From NCBI GenBank assembly GCA_965215895.1, contig OZ244130.1:416157-480156 (forward strand): DNA of 64,000 nucleotides, in the 5' to 3' direction. The notes under the pieces were generated by a model, which searched no databases, was not told where the DNA came from, and was given only the letters and a program-made list of their open reading frames with translations. The position numbers and the translations under genes were made by a program. Positions 17,361 to 25,363 of this stretch are shown here, one piece after another. The stretch is from Vicinamibacterales bacterium. GTDB taxonomy: Bacteria; Acidobacteriota; Vicinamibacteria; Vicinamibacterales; UBA8438. Every line of letters starts with the position of its first letter. Position 1 is the stretch's first letter.

Positions 17361-18206
17361 ATGCGGACGACTCGTTCGGTGGGGGTTCTTGCCGTGGTGG
17401 TCGCCCTGCTCGGGGCCACTCTGGGGGCGGCGGGAGCGTCCGCGCAGATTCCCACGACGCTCCGGGGCTTCGGGGTGCCGGTATACCCCGCCTTCGAAGG
17501 CTGGTATCGGAATGCCGACGGCACCGCCACCCTCCTCATCGGCTTCTTCAACGCCAACACCGAGCAGACGGTGGAGCTGCCGATGGGCGAGCAGAACCAG
17601 TTCACCCCGGGCCCGCAGGACCGGGGGCAGCCGACCCACTTTCCCCCGGGCCGGGCGTGGGGCGTCTTCACCGTGCAGGTGCCGGGCGACTTCGACGGCG
17701 AGCTGAGCTGGACCCTCGTCGCCAACGACGAGCCGGTCACGATTCCGTTTCATCTGCGGCCCACGTACTTCGTCGAGCCGCTCAGGGATGCGTCCAACAA
17801 CAACCAGCCGCCGACGATCCGCTTCGGCGAGGACGGTACCCCGTTGACGGGACCCCCGATCGGCATCGCCGGGCGCCTGACCGGTGCGGTCGGGAGTCCC
17901 GTCGACCTGAATGTATGGCTGTCCGACGTGACGCCCGACACCCATGTGCGGGAGAGCCCGTTCCGCCGCAGCCCGCCGATGAGCCTCCGCTGGCACAAGC
18001 TCCGGGGGCCGGGCGAGGTGGAGTTCGCCCAGTCGGAGTTCGAGTACGAGGAGACCTCGGAGCAGAACCCGCGGACCACCGCGAGCTTCAGCGCCCCCGG
18101 CGAGTACTGGCTGCGCGCCGAGGCGCTCGATTCGACCGGCGTGGGCGGCAGCGGCTTCCAGTGCTGCTGGACCTCGGCGATCGTGCAGGTCGCCGTGTCG
18201 GAGTAG
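17361..18206 (+). CDS. secreted hypothetical protein (co-oriented partner of the cytochrome c/PHM-like gene)
   Basis: Signal peptide MRTTRSVGVLAVVVALLGATLGAAGASAQ. High third-position GC. No family recognised. The C-terminal part looks beta-rich (..FSAPGEYWLRAEALD..). Confidence 0.6.
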   Translation: MRTTRSVGVLAVVVALLGATLGAAGASAQIPTTLRGFGVPVYPAFEGWYRNADGTATLLIGFFNANTEQTVELPMGEQNQFTPGPQDRGQPTHFPPGRAWGVFTVQVPGDFDGELSWTLVANDEPVTIPFHLRPTYFVEPLRDASNNNQPPTIRFGEDGTPLTGPPIGIAGRLTGAVGSPVDLNVWLSDVTPDTHVRESPFRRSPPMSLRWHKLRGPGEVEFAQSEFEYEETSEQNPRTTASFSAPGEYWLRAEALDSTGVGGSGFQCCWTSAIVQVAVSE

Positions 18207-18358
18207 CGGCGATCCGGACGAAATCGGTTCGTGTCGCGGGTAACGGAATAAACGCGGGCTCTGGGCAGTCCATGCCACCAGGAGCCCGTGACGGAACCCC
18301 TGAGGCGCCGGCCGAATGCCGCGGGGACCTGGCCACGGGCTGCTGAGGACCCCGTCCG

Positions 18359-19162
18359 ATGAAACCCGCCATGCACCCAGCGTCGAGCGCCGCGCTGCCC
18401 GGGTGGCAGTCGATGGGGGGCGTGATGTGGCCGCCGTCCGCGAAGGCGCCCGCGGCACGGTCGGTTTCCTCCCCGGCCGGGAGCGGCGTCGCCGAGAACC
18501 TCGCCGTGGAGACTGCCGCCGGCGTCGGCCGCGAGAAGGACGGTGCGGAAGTGCCGGCGCGGCGGGATGCAGTGACCGGTGACACGCGGCTCGCGGACCC
18601 GGATCGGGAGCTGGTCGCCGCCGCCGTCGCCGGCGACCGCGGCGCGTTCGAGGCGTTGGTACGGCGGCACCAGGCCCGGATCGTCAACTACGCGATGGCG
18701 ATCGTGAAGGACCCCGCAGAGGCGGAGGACGTCGCGCAGGAGACGTTCATCCGCGCCTACCGGTCGTTGACCCACTTTCGCGGGGACAGCTCGTTCAAGA
18801 CGTGGCTCTACACCATCGCCACGAATACGGCCCGGACCGGGCTCGAACGCCGGGGCCGGCGGAACCGGGTGGAGGACGCGAGCCTCGACGACGAAGCCGC
18901 GCCGCTCGCCGCCGGCGACGTGCCGGCCGGCGATGCCGATGCAGAGACGACCCTGGTGCGGCGCGAGTCGATCGACCGCGCGCTGGTCTCGCTCCCGCCG
19001 GATCTGCGGATCGCGGTGGTCCTGCGGGACGTCGAGGGGCTGGACTACAAGGAGATTGCCGCCGCCACAGGGGCGCCGATCGGGACCGTCGAATCCCGTA
19101 TCTTTCGTGCGCGCCGCCGGCTCCGGCCGCTGTTGCAGCCGCTGATGGGGAGATCTTCATGA
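18359..19162 (+). CDS. ECF-type RNA polymerase sigma-70 factor
   Basis: Region 2 (DVAQETFIRAYRSL..F.G.SSFKTWLYTIATN) and region 4 (LPPDLRIAVVLRDVEGLDYKEIAAATGAPIGTVESRIFRARRRL) are both present. GAGGAC lies 8 nt before ATG 18359 and third-position GC is high throughout. An alternative GTG start at 18572 would give a ~196-aa protein. Confidence 0.8.
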   Translation: MKPAMHPASSAALPGWQSMGGVMWPPSAKAPAARSVSSPAGSGVAENLAVETAAGVGREKDGAEVPARRDAVTGDTRLADPDRELVAAAVAGDRGAFEALVRRHQARIVNYAMAIVKDPAEAEDVAQETFIRAYRSLTHFRGDSSFKTWLYTIATNTARTGLERRGRRNRVEDASLDDEAAPLAAGDVPAGDADAETTLVRRESIDRALVSLPPDLRIAVVLRDVEGLDYKEIAAATGAPIGTVESRIFRARRRLRPLLQPLMGRSS

Positions 19163-19641
19163 GATGTGATGACGTGGAGCGTGTCGTGATGCAGCGCGCG
19201 GCGGGACGGCTCGACCCGGCCGGCGTCGAGCGCCTGGAGGCGCATCTCGACGGTTGCGCGGCCTGCCGCGAGGCGGCCGTCGGTCAGCAGGATGTGGCCG
19301 CCATCCTGTCGGCGCGGCCGGATGCGGCGCCGCCGCTGGGGTTTGCGACCCGGGTGATGGCGCATCTCGACAGTTCGCCCACCTGGCTCGAAGTCATCGA
19401 CTGGCGCCGGTGGACGGTGCGGCTCGCGCCGGCGGCGGCCGCCCTGCTGGTGGTTGCGGCCGTCGGGTTGGGGCCGGCCGAGGCCGGCGAGCCGATCGAG
19501 TTCTCCGACCTCGTGACCGACTGGGTCGGGGCGGACGATGTGGCGGCGCTGCCCGCGTTCGGCCTGCTGTGGCAGGACGAGGTGACCGACGACACCCTGT
19601 TGGATGCAGTGTTGACGGCGAATCCCGACGAGCCCTTCTGA
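19159..19641 (+). CDS. anti-sigma factor (zf-HC2 type), single-pass membrane protein
   Basis: The ATG overlaps the sigma stop (ATGA). The N-terminus has the ..AHLDGCAACREA zinc-finger-like motif. A central TM is present (RLAPAAAALLVVAAVGL). Confidence 0.7.
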   Translation: MRCDDVERVVMQRAAGRLDPAGVERLEAHLDGCAACREAAVGQQDVAAILSARPDAAPPLGFATRVMAHLDSSPTWLEVIDWRRWTVRLAPAAAALLVVAAVGLGPAEAGEPIEFSDLVTDWVGADDVAALPAFGLLWQDEVTDDTLLDAVLTANPDEPF

Positions 19642-19663
19642 GCTCCCAGGCAAGGATGACGCG

Positions 19664-20134
19664 ATGAACCGTACCAGCATGCGCCTGTGGGCCGGTCTCT
19701 TCGTCCTCGTCGTGTTCAGCGCGGGGCTGGCCGCCGGGTTCGCGGTGCGGCCGTGGTTCGACAACGAGCTGCCCCGGGGGTTCCGGGGCCGGGGGGAGCC
19801 GCCGTCGCCCTCGGCGCGGATGACCGAACGGCTTCTCGACCGCCTGGGCGCCAACGTCGACCTGTCCGACGATCAGCGCCGGCGGCTGCGCGAGGTCTTC
19901 GAGGCCCGCCGGCTCCGCTTTCGCGAGATCACCGCGGGCGTTCGCGAGGAGTTTGAAGCCGAACAGGCCCAGATGACCGCCGAGATCGCCGCCATCCTGA
20001 CCGCCGAGCAGATGGATGTCTTCGAGAGCCAGATCGTCAGGATGCGCCGCGACCGGCGTGACCGGTTCGGCCCTCGCGGGCCGGACGGCGGGCGGGGGCC
20101 CCGAGGCGACCGCCCCGGCCGGCGCCCGCGCTGA
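19664..20134 (+). CDS. periplasmic Spy/CpxP-like (LTXXQ-motif, 'heavy-metal sensor') protein
   Basis: N-terminal TM/signal. Helical repeats carry LSDDQRRRL and LTAEQMDVF motifs. The tail is Arg/Gly-rich. This is the standard third gene of such ECF modules. Confidence 0.6.
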   Translation: MNRTSMRLWAGLFVLVVFSAGLAAGFAVRPWFDNELPRGFRGRGEPPSPSARMTERLLDRLGANVDLSDDQRRRLREVFEARRLRFREITAGVREEFEAEQAQMTAEIAAILTAEQMDVFESQIVRMRRDRRDRFGPRGPDGGRGPRGDRPGRRPR

Positions 20135-20257
20135 GCCTCCCGCCGTTTCTCCCGTCGGTTCAGCGGTCGAAAGGCGAGCGGAAGCGCCAGGCGGAGTTGC
20201 CCAGCCCTGGGGCGCCGCTGCTGGCCGGCTCAGTCCCCGGGTTCACGTCTTCCTGGC

Positions 20258-20773
20258 TCAGCCGATCAGGTTTGCCCGGAGGTCCTTCATGAGCAGGAAC
20301 AAGTGGGATGGATCGGTGGGACTCGGCTCGAACTCCAACGCTTCGTACCAGGCCTGTGCTTCATCCTTGGCGTGCACGAGGAGCGCCCGGATGCCGGCGA
20401 TCTCAGCGGCTTCAGCCGTTCGGATCAACGCGTTCTTGAGAAGCGCCCGCCCCAGGCCCCGGCCGTGCTCCGTACGGTCGACGGCGAGACGGGCGAGCAG
20501 CATGACTGGAATCGGATGCCTGGCCAATCCCCTGCTGATCCGGGCCGGCGCCCCCTCGTGCTCGACGGCTCCCGCCGCAAGGCTGTAGTACCCGACCACC
20601 CGCAGGTTTCGGCAGATCACGTAGGTCCGGGCGCCGCCCGCCTTCTGGTTCGCCAGTGCGAAGCGCTTCAGGAAGCGATTGAGCGGTTCCTTGGCGCAGT
20701 CGAACGCGTCGACATCGTGGGCTGACCTGAGCGGTTCGACCGGGGACAGTGCCGCTTCGGCGTCCGGCGTCAC
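20258..20773 (-). CDS. GNAT-family acetyltransferase toxin (TacT/KacT-like)
   Basis: GTG at 20773 overlaps the antitoxin stop (GTGA). Motifs seen: FDC....LN.FL...A, YYSLAAGAV, ARLAVD...G.GLG..LL..AL and a C-terminal ..LFLLMKDLR. Confidence 0.75.
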   Translation of the reverse strand: MTPDAEAALSPVEPLRSAHDVDAFDCAKEPLNRFLKRFALANQKAGGARTYVICRNLRVVGYYSLAAGAVEHEGAPARISRGLARHPIPVMLLARLAVDRTEHGRGLGRALLKNALIRTAEAAEIAGIRALLVHAKDEAQAWYEALEFEPSPTDPSHLFLLMKDLRANLIG

Positions 20774-21060
20774 TCCAGCACGCTCTTGTCGGCCAGCAAT
20801 CGTGCCAGACGGGGCTTGGCGGCGACCGGACGATCGAGCACGTTCTGGAATGCCCGCCACCGCGCCTCGTCGAGCCGGAAGACCCGCTGGTTGGCCAAGG
20901 CATCTTCCGCGGCGTTGAGTCCCGCATCGAGCAGGAACTCCGTCACGTTCTTGTGAGACGCTGCCGCGACCCTCTGCAGCAACGCCTTCACGCTCGGCGT
21001 GGTACGGACTTCGATACGTTCCGTCTTGGATTCGCCAATGGCCATGGGTGTTCTCTGCAT
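20770..21060 (-). CDS. DUF1778 (TacA-like, RHH) antitoxin
   Basis: The sequence ..KTERIEVRTTPSVKALLQRVAAASHKNVTEFLLDAGLNAAEDAL..RVFRLDEARWRAF...LD.P is characteristic of DUF1778 antitoxins. An alternative start is ATG 21045. Confidence 0.75.
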   Translation of the reverse strand: MQRTPMAIGESKTERIEVRTTPSVKALLQRVAAASHKNVTEFLLDAGLNAAEDALANQRVFRLDEARWRAFQNVLDRPVAAKPRLARLLADKSVLE

Positions 21061-21081
21061 TCGGATGCTTCAACCCTACCA

Positions 21082-21101
21082 TACGGACAACGTACGGACA
21101 A
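21082..21101 (-). promoter_or_regulatory. candidate operator: direct repeat TACGGACAA x2 (11-bp period) just upstream of the tacA-like start
   Basis: The 9-mers at 21082-21090 and 21093-21101 are identical. They lie 22-41 nt upstream of ATG 21060. On the coding strand they read TTGTCCGTAcgTTGTCCGTAt. Confidence 0.35.
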
Positions 21102-21177
21102 AGCGGGGCCCGACACGGAGTCTCGTGGCTCCGCATGGCGGGTCGAGTCTTCGCCCGGCGTGCAACAACTGCCTCGC

Positions 21178-21340
21178 ATGCAGAGGTCGACCACGAAGCT
21201 CACGGCTGCGGTCGAGACGTATCTGACGGAGTTGCGGCGAGTCTGGGCGTCGGGTGGTGTGACCAGCGAGCGGTCGAGCTACGGACCGCTCGCGAACCTG
21301 CTGAACGCGGTCGGCGCAACCCTTCGGCCGAAGGTGCGTG
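21178..21340 (+). pseudogene. possible N-terminal remnant of a fused restriction/DNA-methyltransferase (type IIG-like) gene
   Basis: MQRSTTKLTAAVETYLTELRRVWASGGVTSERSSYGPLANLLNAVGATLRPKV resembles the YL..L....G.ATE.SYRP.L..LL opening I recall for such enzymes. It degenerates before the DUF1592 gene. Weak, motif-memory only. Confidence 0.3.
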
Positions 21341-21431
21341 TCCTGCGAGCATTGCGCCGGGCCCGAGCCGGGGGTAGGATCGCAGGGCTCGGGAACTGCG
21401 CCACGACGTGCGCCACGTGAAGGAGATGACG

Positions 21432-23876
21432 ATGCGGCTCGCAAGAACGCTCCTGGTTCCGGCGCTGGCCGCGGCGGCGGAGCTCGCGCCCATGGCGCCG
21501 CTTGCGGCCCAGGAGGCAGCGGTCGAGTCGTCGCGCGCGATCCTCGATCGGTACTGCGTCACCTGTCACAACGACCGGCTGCGGACCGGCGGGCTGACCC
21601 TCGACGCGGCCGCCGTGGACGCCGCCGACCCGAGCCGCGACGCGGACGTCTGGGAGCGGGTGATCGCGAAGCTGCGGACCGGCGCGATGCCCCCGCCGGG
21701 CCGGCCGCGTCCCGATGCCGCGACGTATGACGCGGTGGCGGCCCGGCTCGAGGCGGACATCGACCGGGCGGCCGCGGCGAATCCCGACCCGGGCCGGACC
21801 AGTACCGTCCACCGGCTGAACCGCACGGAGTACCGCCACGCCGTCCGCGACCTCCTCGCCCTCGACCTCGACGTGGCCCCGCTGCTGCCGGGCGACGAGA
21901 CGTCGGACACCGGCTTCGACAACAACGCCGACGTGCTGTCGATCTCGACGGCGCAGCTCGAGCGCTACCTGTCGGCGGCGCGCACCATCACCCGCCTCGC
22001 CGTCGGCCTGCCGCCGGCCGGACCCGGGTTCGAGACGTTCGACGTGCCGCTGCTCCTGCTGCAGGACGACCGACGGAGCGAGGACCTGCCGCTCGGCTCG
22101 CGGGGCGGAGTCGCCATTCCGTATCACTTCCCGGTCGACGGCGAGTATCTCTTCAAGGTCGAGCTGCGGACCAACTGGCAGGACTACATCCTCGGCATGG
22201 GGACGGCGCATCGGCTCGACGTCCGGGTCGACGGCGAGCTGGTGAAGCGCTTCACGGTCGGGGGAGAGGCGCGGGGCCGGCCCGCGCCGGTCACCTTCAC
22301 CATCGCCGAGCCCGGCGATCCGGAGTGGGAGGCGTATCTGCACGAGGCCGACGACCGGCTCGAGGTCCGCGTGCCGGTCGCGGCGGGACCGCGGGTGGTC
22401 GGCGTGTCGTTCGTCAGAAACGTCTGGGAGCCGGAAGGCATCCTGATCCCGCGGCAGGCGGGCGAGGTATTGTCGAACGACGAGGCGTATCACGGCAACG
22501 CCGCGGTCAGCTCGGTGGCCATCGGCGGTCCCTACGAGGTGACCGGGCCCGGAGACACCCCGAGCCGCCGGGCCATCTTCACCTGTCGGCCGGAGACGGC
22601 GGCGGTGGAGGACGAGCGGGCGTGCGCCACCGAGATCGTGTCGCGACTGGCGCGCCGCGCCTATCGCCGGCCGGTGACACCGGCGGACCTCGAGACGCTG
22701 CTCGGCTTCTTCGAGAGCGGCCGCGAGAGCGGCGGCAGCTTCGACGCCGGCGTGCAGCTCGCGTTGGAGCGGATGCTCGTCGACCCGGACTTCCTGCTCC
22801 GCATCGAGCGCGAGCCGGCCGGGGCGGCGCCCGCGCGGCCCTACCCCCTGAGCGGCGTCGAGGTCGCCTCCCGCCTCTCGTTCTTCCTCTGGGGCAGCAT
22901 TCCCGACGCGCCGCTGCTCGACGCGGCGGAACGGGGCGCGCTCACGGATCCGGCGGTCCTCGAGGCCCAGGTCCGGCGCATGCTGGCCGATCCGCGCGCC
23001 CGGTCGCTCGTCGCCGACTTCGCGATGCAGTGGCTGCACCTGCGCAACCTGGAGGACGTCAAGGGCGACCCGGTGCCGTTTCCCGACTTCGACGACAACC
23101 TCGTCGAGGCGTTCCGGCAGGAGACGACCCTGTTTCTCGCCAGCACCTTGCGCGAGGACCGCAGCGTGCTCGACCTGCTCGACGCCGACTATACCTACGT
23201 CGACGAGCGGCTGGCGCGGCACTACGGCATCCCGGGGGTCTACGGCAGCCGGTTCCGGCGCGTCGCGCTGCCCGACCTGACGCAGCGCGGCGGCCTGCTC
23301 GGGCACGGCGGACTGCTCGCGTTGACGTCGTACCCGACCCGCACGTCGCCGGTGCTGCGCGGCAAGTGGCTGCTCGACACGATTCTCGGCGCTCCGCCCC
23401 CGTCTCCGCCGCCCGACGTGCCGGCGTTGCCCGAGCCGGGCGACGGCGCGCGCACGACCTCGGTCCGCGAGCGGCTGGAGCGCCACCGGCAGGCCCCCGC
23501 CTGCGCCACCTGCCACGCCTCGATCGATCCTCCCGGCTTCGCCCTGGAGCAGTACGACGGCCTCGGCGCCTGGCGGACGGCGGACGAGTTCGGCAATCCC
23601 ATCGACGCCGCGGCGACGCTGCCGAGCGGACGGGCGGTGGAAGGCATGGCCGGGTTGCGCGCGTGGCTGCTGGAACGCCCCGAGCGGTTCGCCGGCACGG
23701 TGACCGAGAAGCTTCTGTCCTACGCCCTCGGCCGCGGCCTGGGGCACTACGATCGACCGACGGTGCGGGCCATCGTGCGGGACGCCGCGGCCGACGACTA
23801 CCGCTGGTCGGCCCTCATCGCCGGCGTCGCGAAGAGCCCGGCGTTCCTGATGCGGAACGCGGCCGCGGCGGATTGA
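21432..23876 (+). CDS. DUF1592/DUF1588/DUF1587/DUF1585/DUF1595-type cytochrome c domain protein
   Basis: AGGAG lies 6 nt before ATG 21432, and a signal peptide is present. Heme motif YCVTCHNDRLRTGGLTLD. Later blocks are LNRTEYRHAVRDLL, EVASRLSFFLWGSIPD and CATCHASIDPPGFALE. Confidence 0.8.
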   Translation: MRLARTLLVPALAAAAELAPMAPLAAQEAAVESSRAILDRYCVTCHNDRLRTGGLTLDAAAVDAADPSRDADVWERVIAKLRTGAMPPPGRPRPDAATYDAVAARLEADIDRAAAANPDPGRTSTVHRLNRTEYRHAVRDLLALDLDVAPLLPGDETSDTGFDNNADVLSISTAQLERYLSAARTITRLAVGLPPAGPGFETFDVPLLLLQDDRRSEDLPLGSRGGVAIPYHFPVDGEYLFKVELRTNWQDYILGMGTAHRLDVRVDGELVKRFTVGGEARGRPAPVTFTIAEPGDPEWEAYLHEADDRLEVRVPVAAGPRVVGVSFVRNVWEPEGILIPRQAGEVLSNDEAYHGNAAVSSVAIGGPYEVTGPGDTPSRRAIFTCRPETAAVEDERACATEIVSRLARRAYRRPVTPADLETLLGFFESGRESGGSFDAGVQLALERMLVDPDFLLRIEREPAGAAPARPYPLSGVEVASRLSFFLWGSIPDAPLLDAAERGALTDPAVLEAQVRRMLADPRARSLVADFAMQWLHLRNLEDVKGDPVPFPDFDDNLVEAFRQETTLFLASTLREDRSVLDLLDADYTYVDERLARHYGIPGVYGSRFRRVALPDLTQRGGLLGHGGLLALTSYPTRTSPVLRGKWLLDTILGAPPPSPPPDVPALPEPGDGARTTSVRERLERHRQAPACATCHASIDPPGFALEQYDGLGAWRTADEFGNPIDAAATLPSGRAVEGMAGLRAWLLERPERFAGTVTEKLLSYALGRGLGHYDRPTVRAIVRDAAADDYRWSALIAGVAKSPAFLMRNAAAAD

Positions 23877-23971
23877 GACACGGCGATGCGACGGAACCGG
23901 CGGCGCGCTTCGGTGCGGCCAGAATGTGAAACTATCGGCTTTCGGTTCGCAGGCTTGAGGAGAACGACATC

Positions 23972-25309
23972 ATGACCATCAGCAGGAAATCGCTGCCGCG
24001 CCGGACCGTGCTGCGGGGCCTCGGCGTGACGTTGGGGCTGCCGTTCCTCGATGCGATGTCTCCCGCGCTCACCGCGCTGGCGCGGACGTCCGCCGGGCCG
24101 GTCCACCGGTTCCAGGCGATCTACGCGCCCAACGGCATGGCCATGCAGTACTGGACGCCGGAACGCACGGGCCGCGACTTCGAGCTGACGCCGATTCTTG
24201 AGCCGCTGGCCCCGTTCCGCGACCAGTTGCTGGTCGTCTCGGGGCTGCGCGCGTCGTGGGCCTACGTGCACGCGGGCGCCTCGGCGTCGTTCCTGACGGG
24301 GACGCCGCGCGGCGGGCAGAACGAGACCGACGTGCTCGCCAGCACCTCGATGGACCAGATCCTCGCGCGGGAGCTCGGCAAGACCACCCAGCTCGGCTCG
24401 CTCGAGGTGTCGATGGACAAGTTCGCCAACGCCGGGCAGTGCACCGCCGGCCTGAGTTGCGCCTACACGCAGACCATTTCGTGGCGCACGCCGACGATGC
24501 CGCTGCCGATGGAGAACAACCCGCGCGCGGTGTTCGAGCGGTTGTTCGGCGACAGCGGCTCGGCCGACCCCGCGGTCCGAAGGGCGCGCCGGCGGCAGAA
24601 GCAGAGCATCCTCGATTCGGTCATCGGCAAGCTGGACGACCTGAAGGTGGAGGTGGGGCCGCGCGATCGGGTCAAGCTGGACGAGTACACCGAGGCGGTC
24701 CGGGATGTCGAGCGGCGCATCGAGATCGCCGAACGGCAGCGCGACGTCGAGCCGTCGTTCACCGAGCAGCCCTCGGCCCCGCCGCGCGTCTTCGAGGACC
24801 ATCTCGGGCTGATGTTCGATCTGCAGTTCCTGGCCCTCCAGGCGGACCTGACCCGCGTCGTCACGTTCATGCTCGGGCGCGAGCAGAGCACCCGCGCGTT
24901 CCCCCAGGTCGGCGTGCCCGACGCGCACCACCCGCTGTCGCACCACGAGGACGACCCCGAGCGGATCGCCCTCATGTCGAAGATCAACACCTACCACGTG
25001 AAGCTCACGTCCGACTATCTGGCGCGCCTCCGCGCGGCCGAGGACGCCGACGGGTCGCTCCTCGACAACATGACCATCCTCTACGGCGCGGGCATCTCGA
25101 ACAGCACGCGGCACCTCGGCGCCAACCTGCCGCTGCTGGTCGTCGGCGGCGGCGCCGGCAAGCTCAAGGGCGGCCGCCACCTGCGCTACCCGGGCGAGAC
25201 GTCGAACGCCGACCTCCTGATGACGCTGATGGACAAGCTCGGCATGCCTCTCGACCGGCTCGGCGACAGCACCTCGCGCCTGCCGATCGACACGCTGTCG
25301 GAGGTGTGA
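23972..25309 (+). CDS. DUF1552 domain-containing protein (Tat-like leader)
   Basis: N-terminus MTISRKSLPRRTVLRGLGVTLGLPFLDAM. Also SWRTPTMPLPME.NPR.VFERLFG and HHPLSHH. This is the classic partner of DUF1592 genes. Confidence 0.85.
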   Translation: MTISRKSLPRRTVLRGLGVTLGLPFLDAMSPALTALARTSAGPVHRFQAIYAPNGMAMQYWTPERTGRDFELTPILEPLAPFRDQLLVVSGLRASWAYVHAGASASFLTGTPRGGQNETDVLASTSMDQILARELGKTTQLGSLEVSMDKFANAGQCTAGLSCAYTQTISWRTPTMPLPMENNPRAVFERLFGDSGSADPAVRRARRRQKQSILDSVIGKLDDLKVEVGPRDRVKLDEYTEAVRDVERRIEIAERQRDVEPSFTEQPSAPPRVFEDHLGLMFDLQFLALQADLTRVVTFMLGREQSTRAFPQVGVPDAHHPLSHHEDDPERIALMSKINTYHVKLTSDYLARLRAAEDADGSLLDNMTILYGAGISNSTRHLGANLPLLVVGGGAGKLKGGRHLRYPGETSNADLLMTLMDKLGMPLDRLGDSTSRLPIDTLSEV

Positions 25310-25363
25310 GCATGAGGCGGATCGACACGCTGTCGTCGGCCCCCTTTGGAGAAGGGTGAAGCG

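Noticed and set aside
18572-19162. Shorter GTG start for the ECF sigma factor (196 aa)
   Set aside because: Not excluded. However, the upstream 71 codons keep the strong GC3 bias, and ATG 18359 has a better-spaced GAGGAC RBS, so the longer model is reported.
21279-23747. 822-aa ORF antisense to the DUF1592 gene. Similar shadow or out-of-frame ORFs occur at 185..1642, 5825..7210, 9774..11327, 11520..13469, 16206..18458, 23798..25591, 43312..45831 and 54101..56173.
   Set aside because: All are low-complexity R/P/G/A-rich, lack recognisable domains, and overlap sense-strand genes with clear family motifs and strong third-position GC bias.
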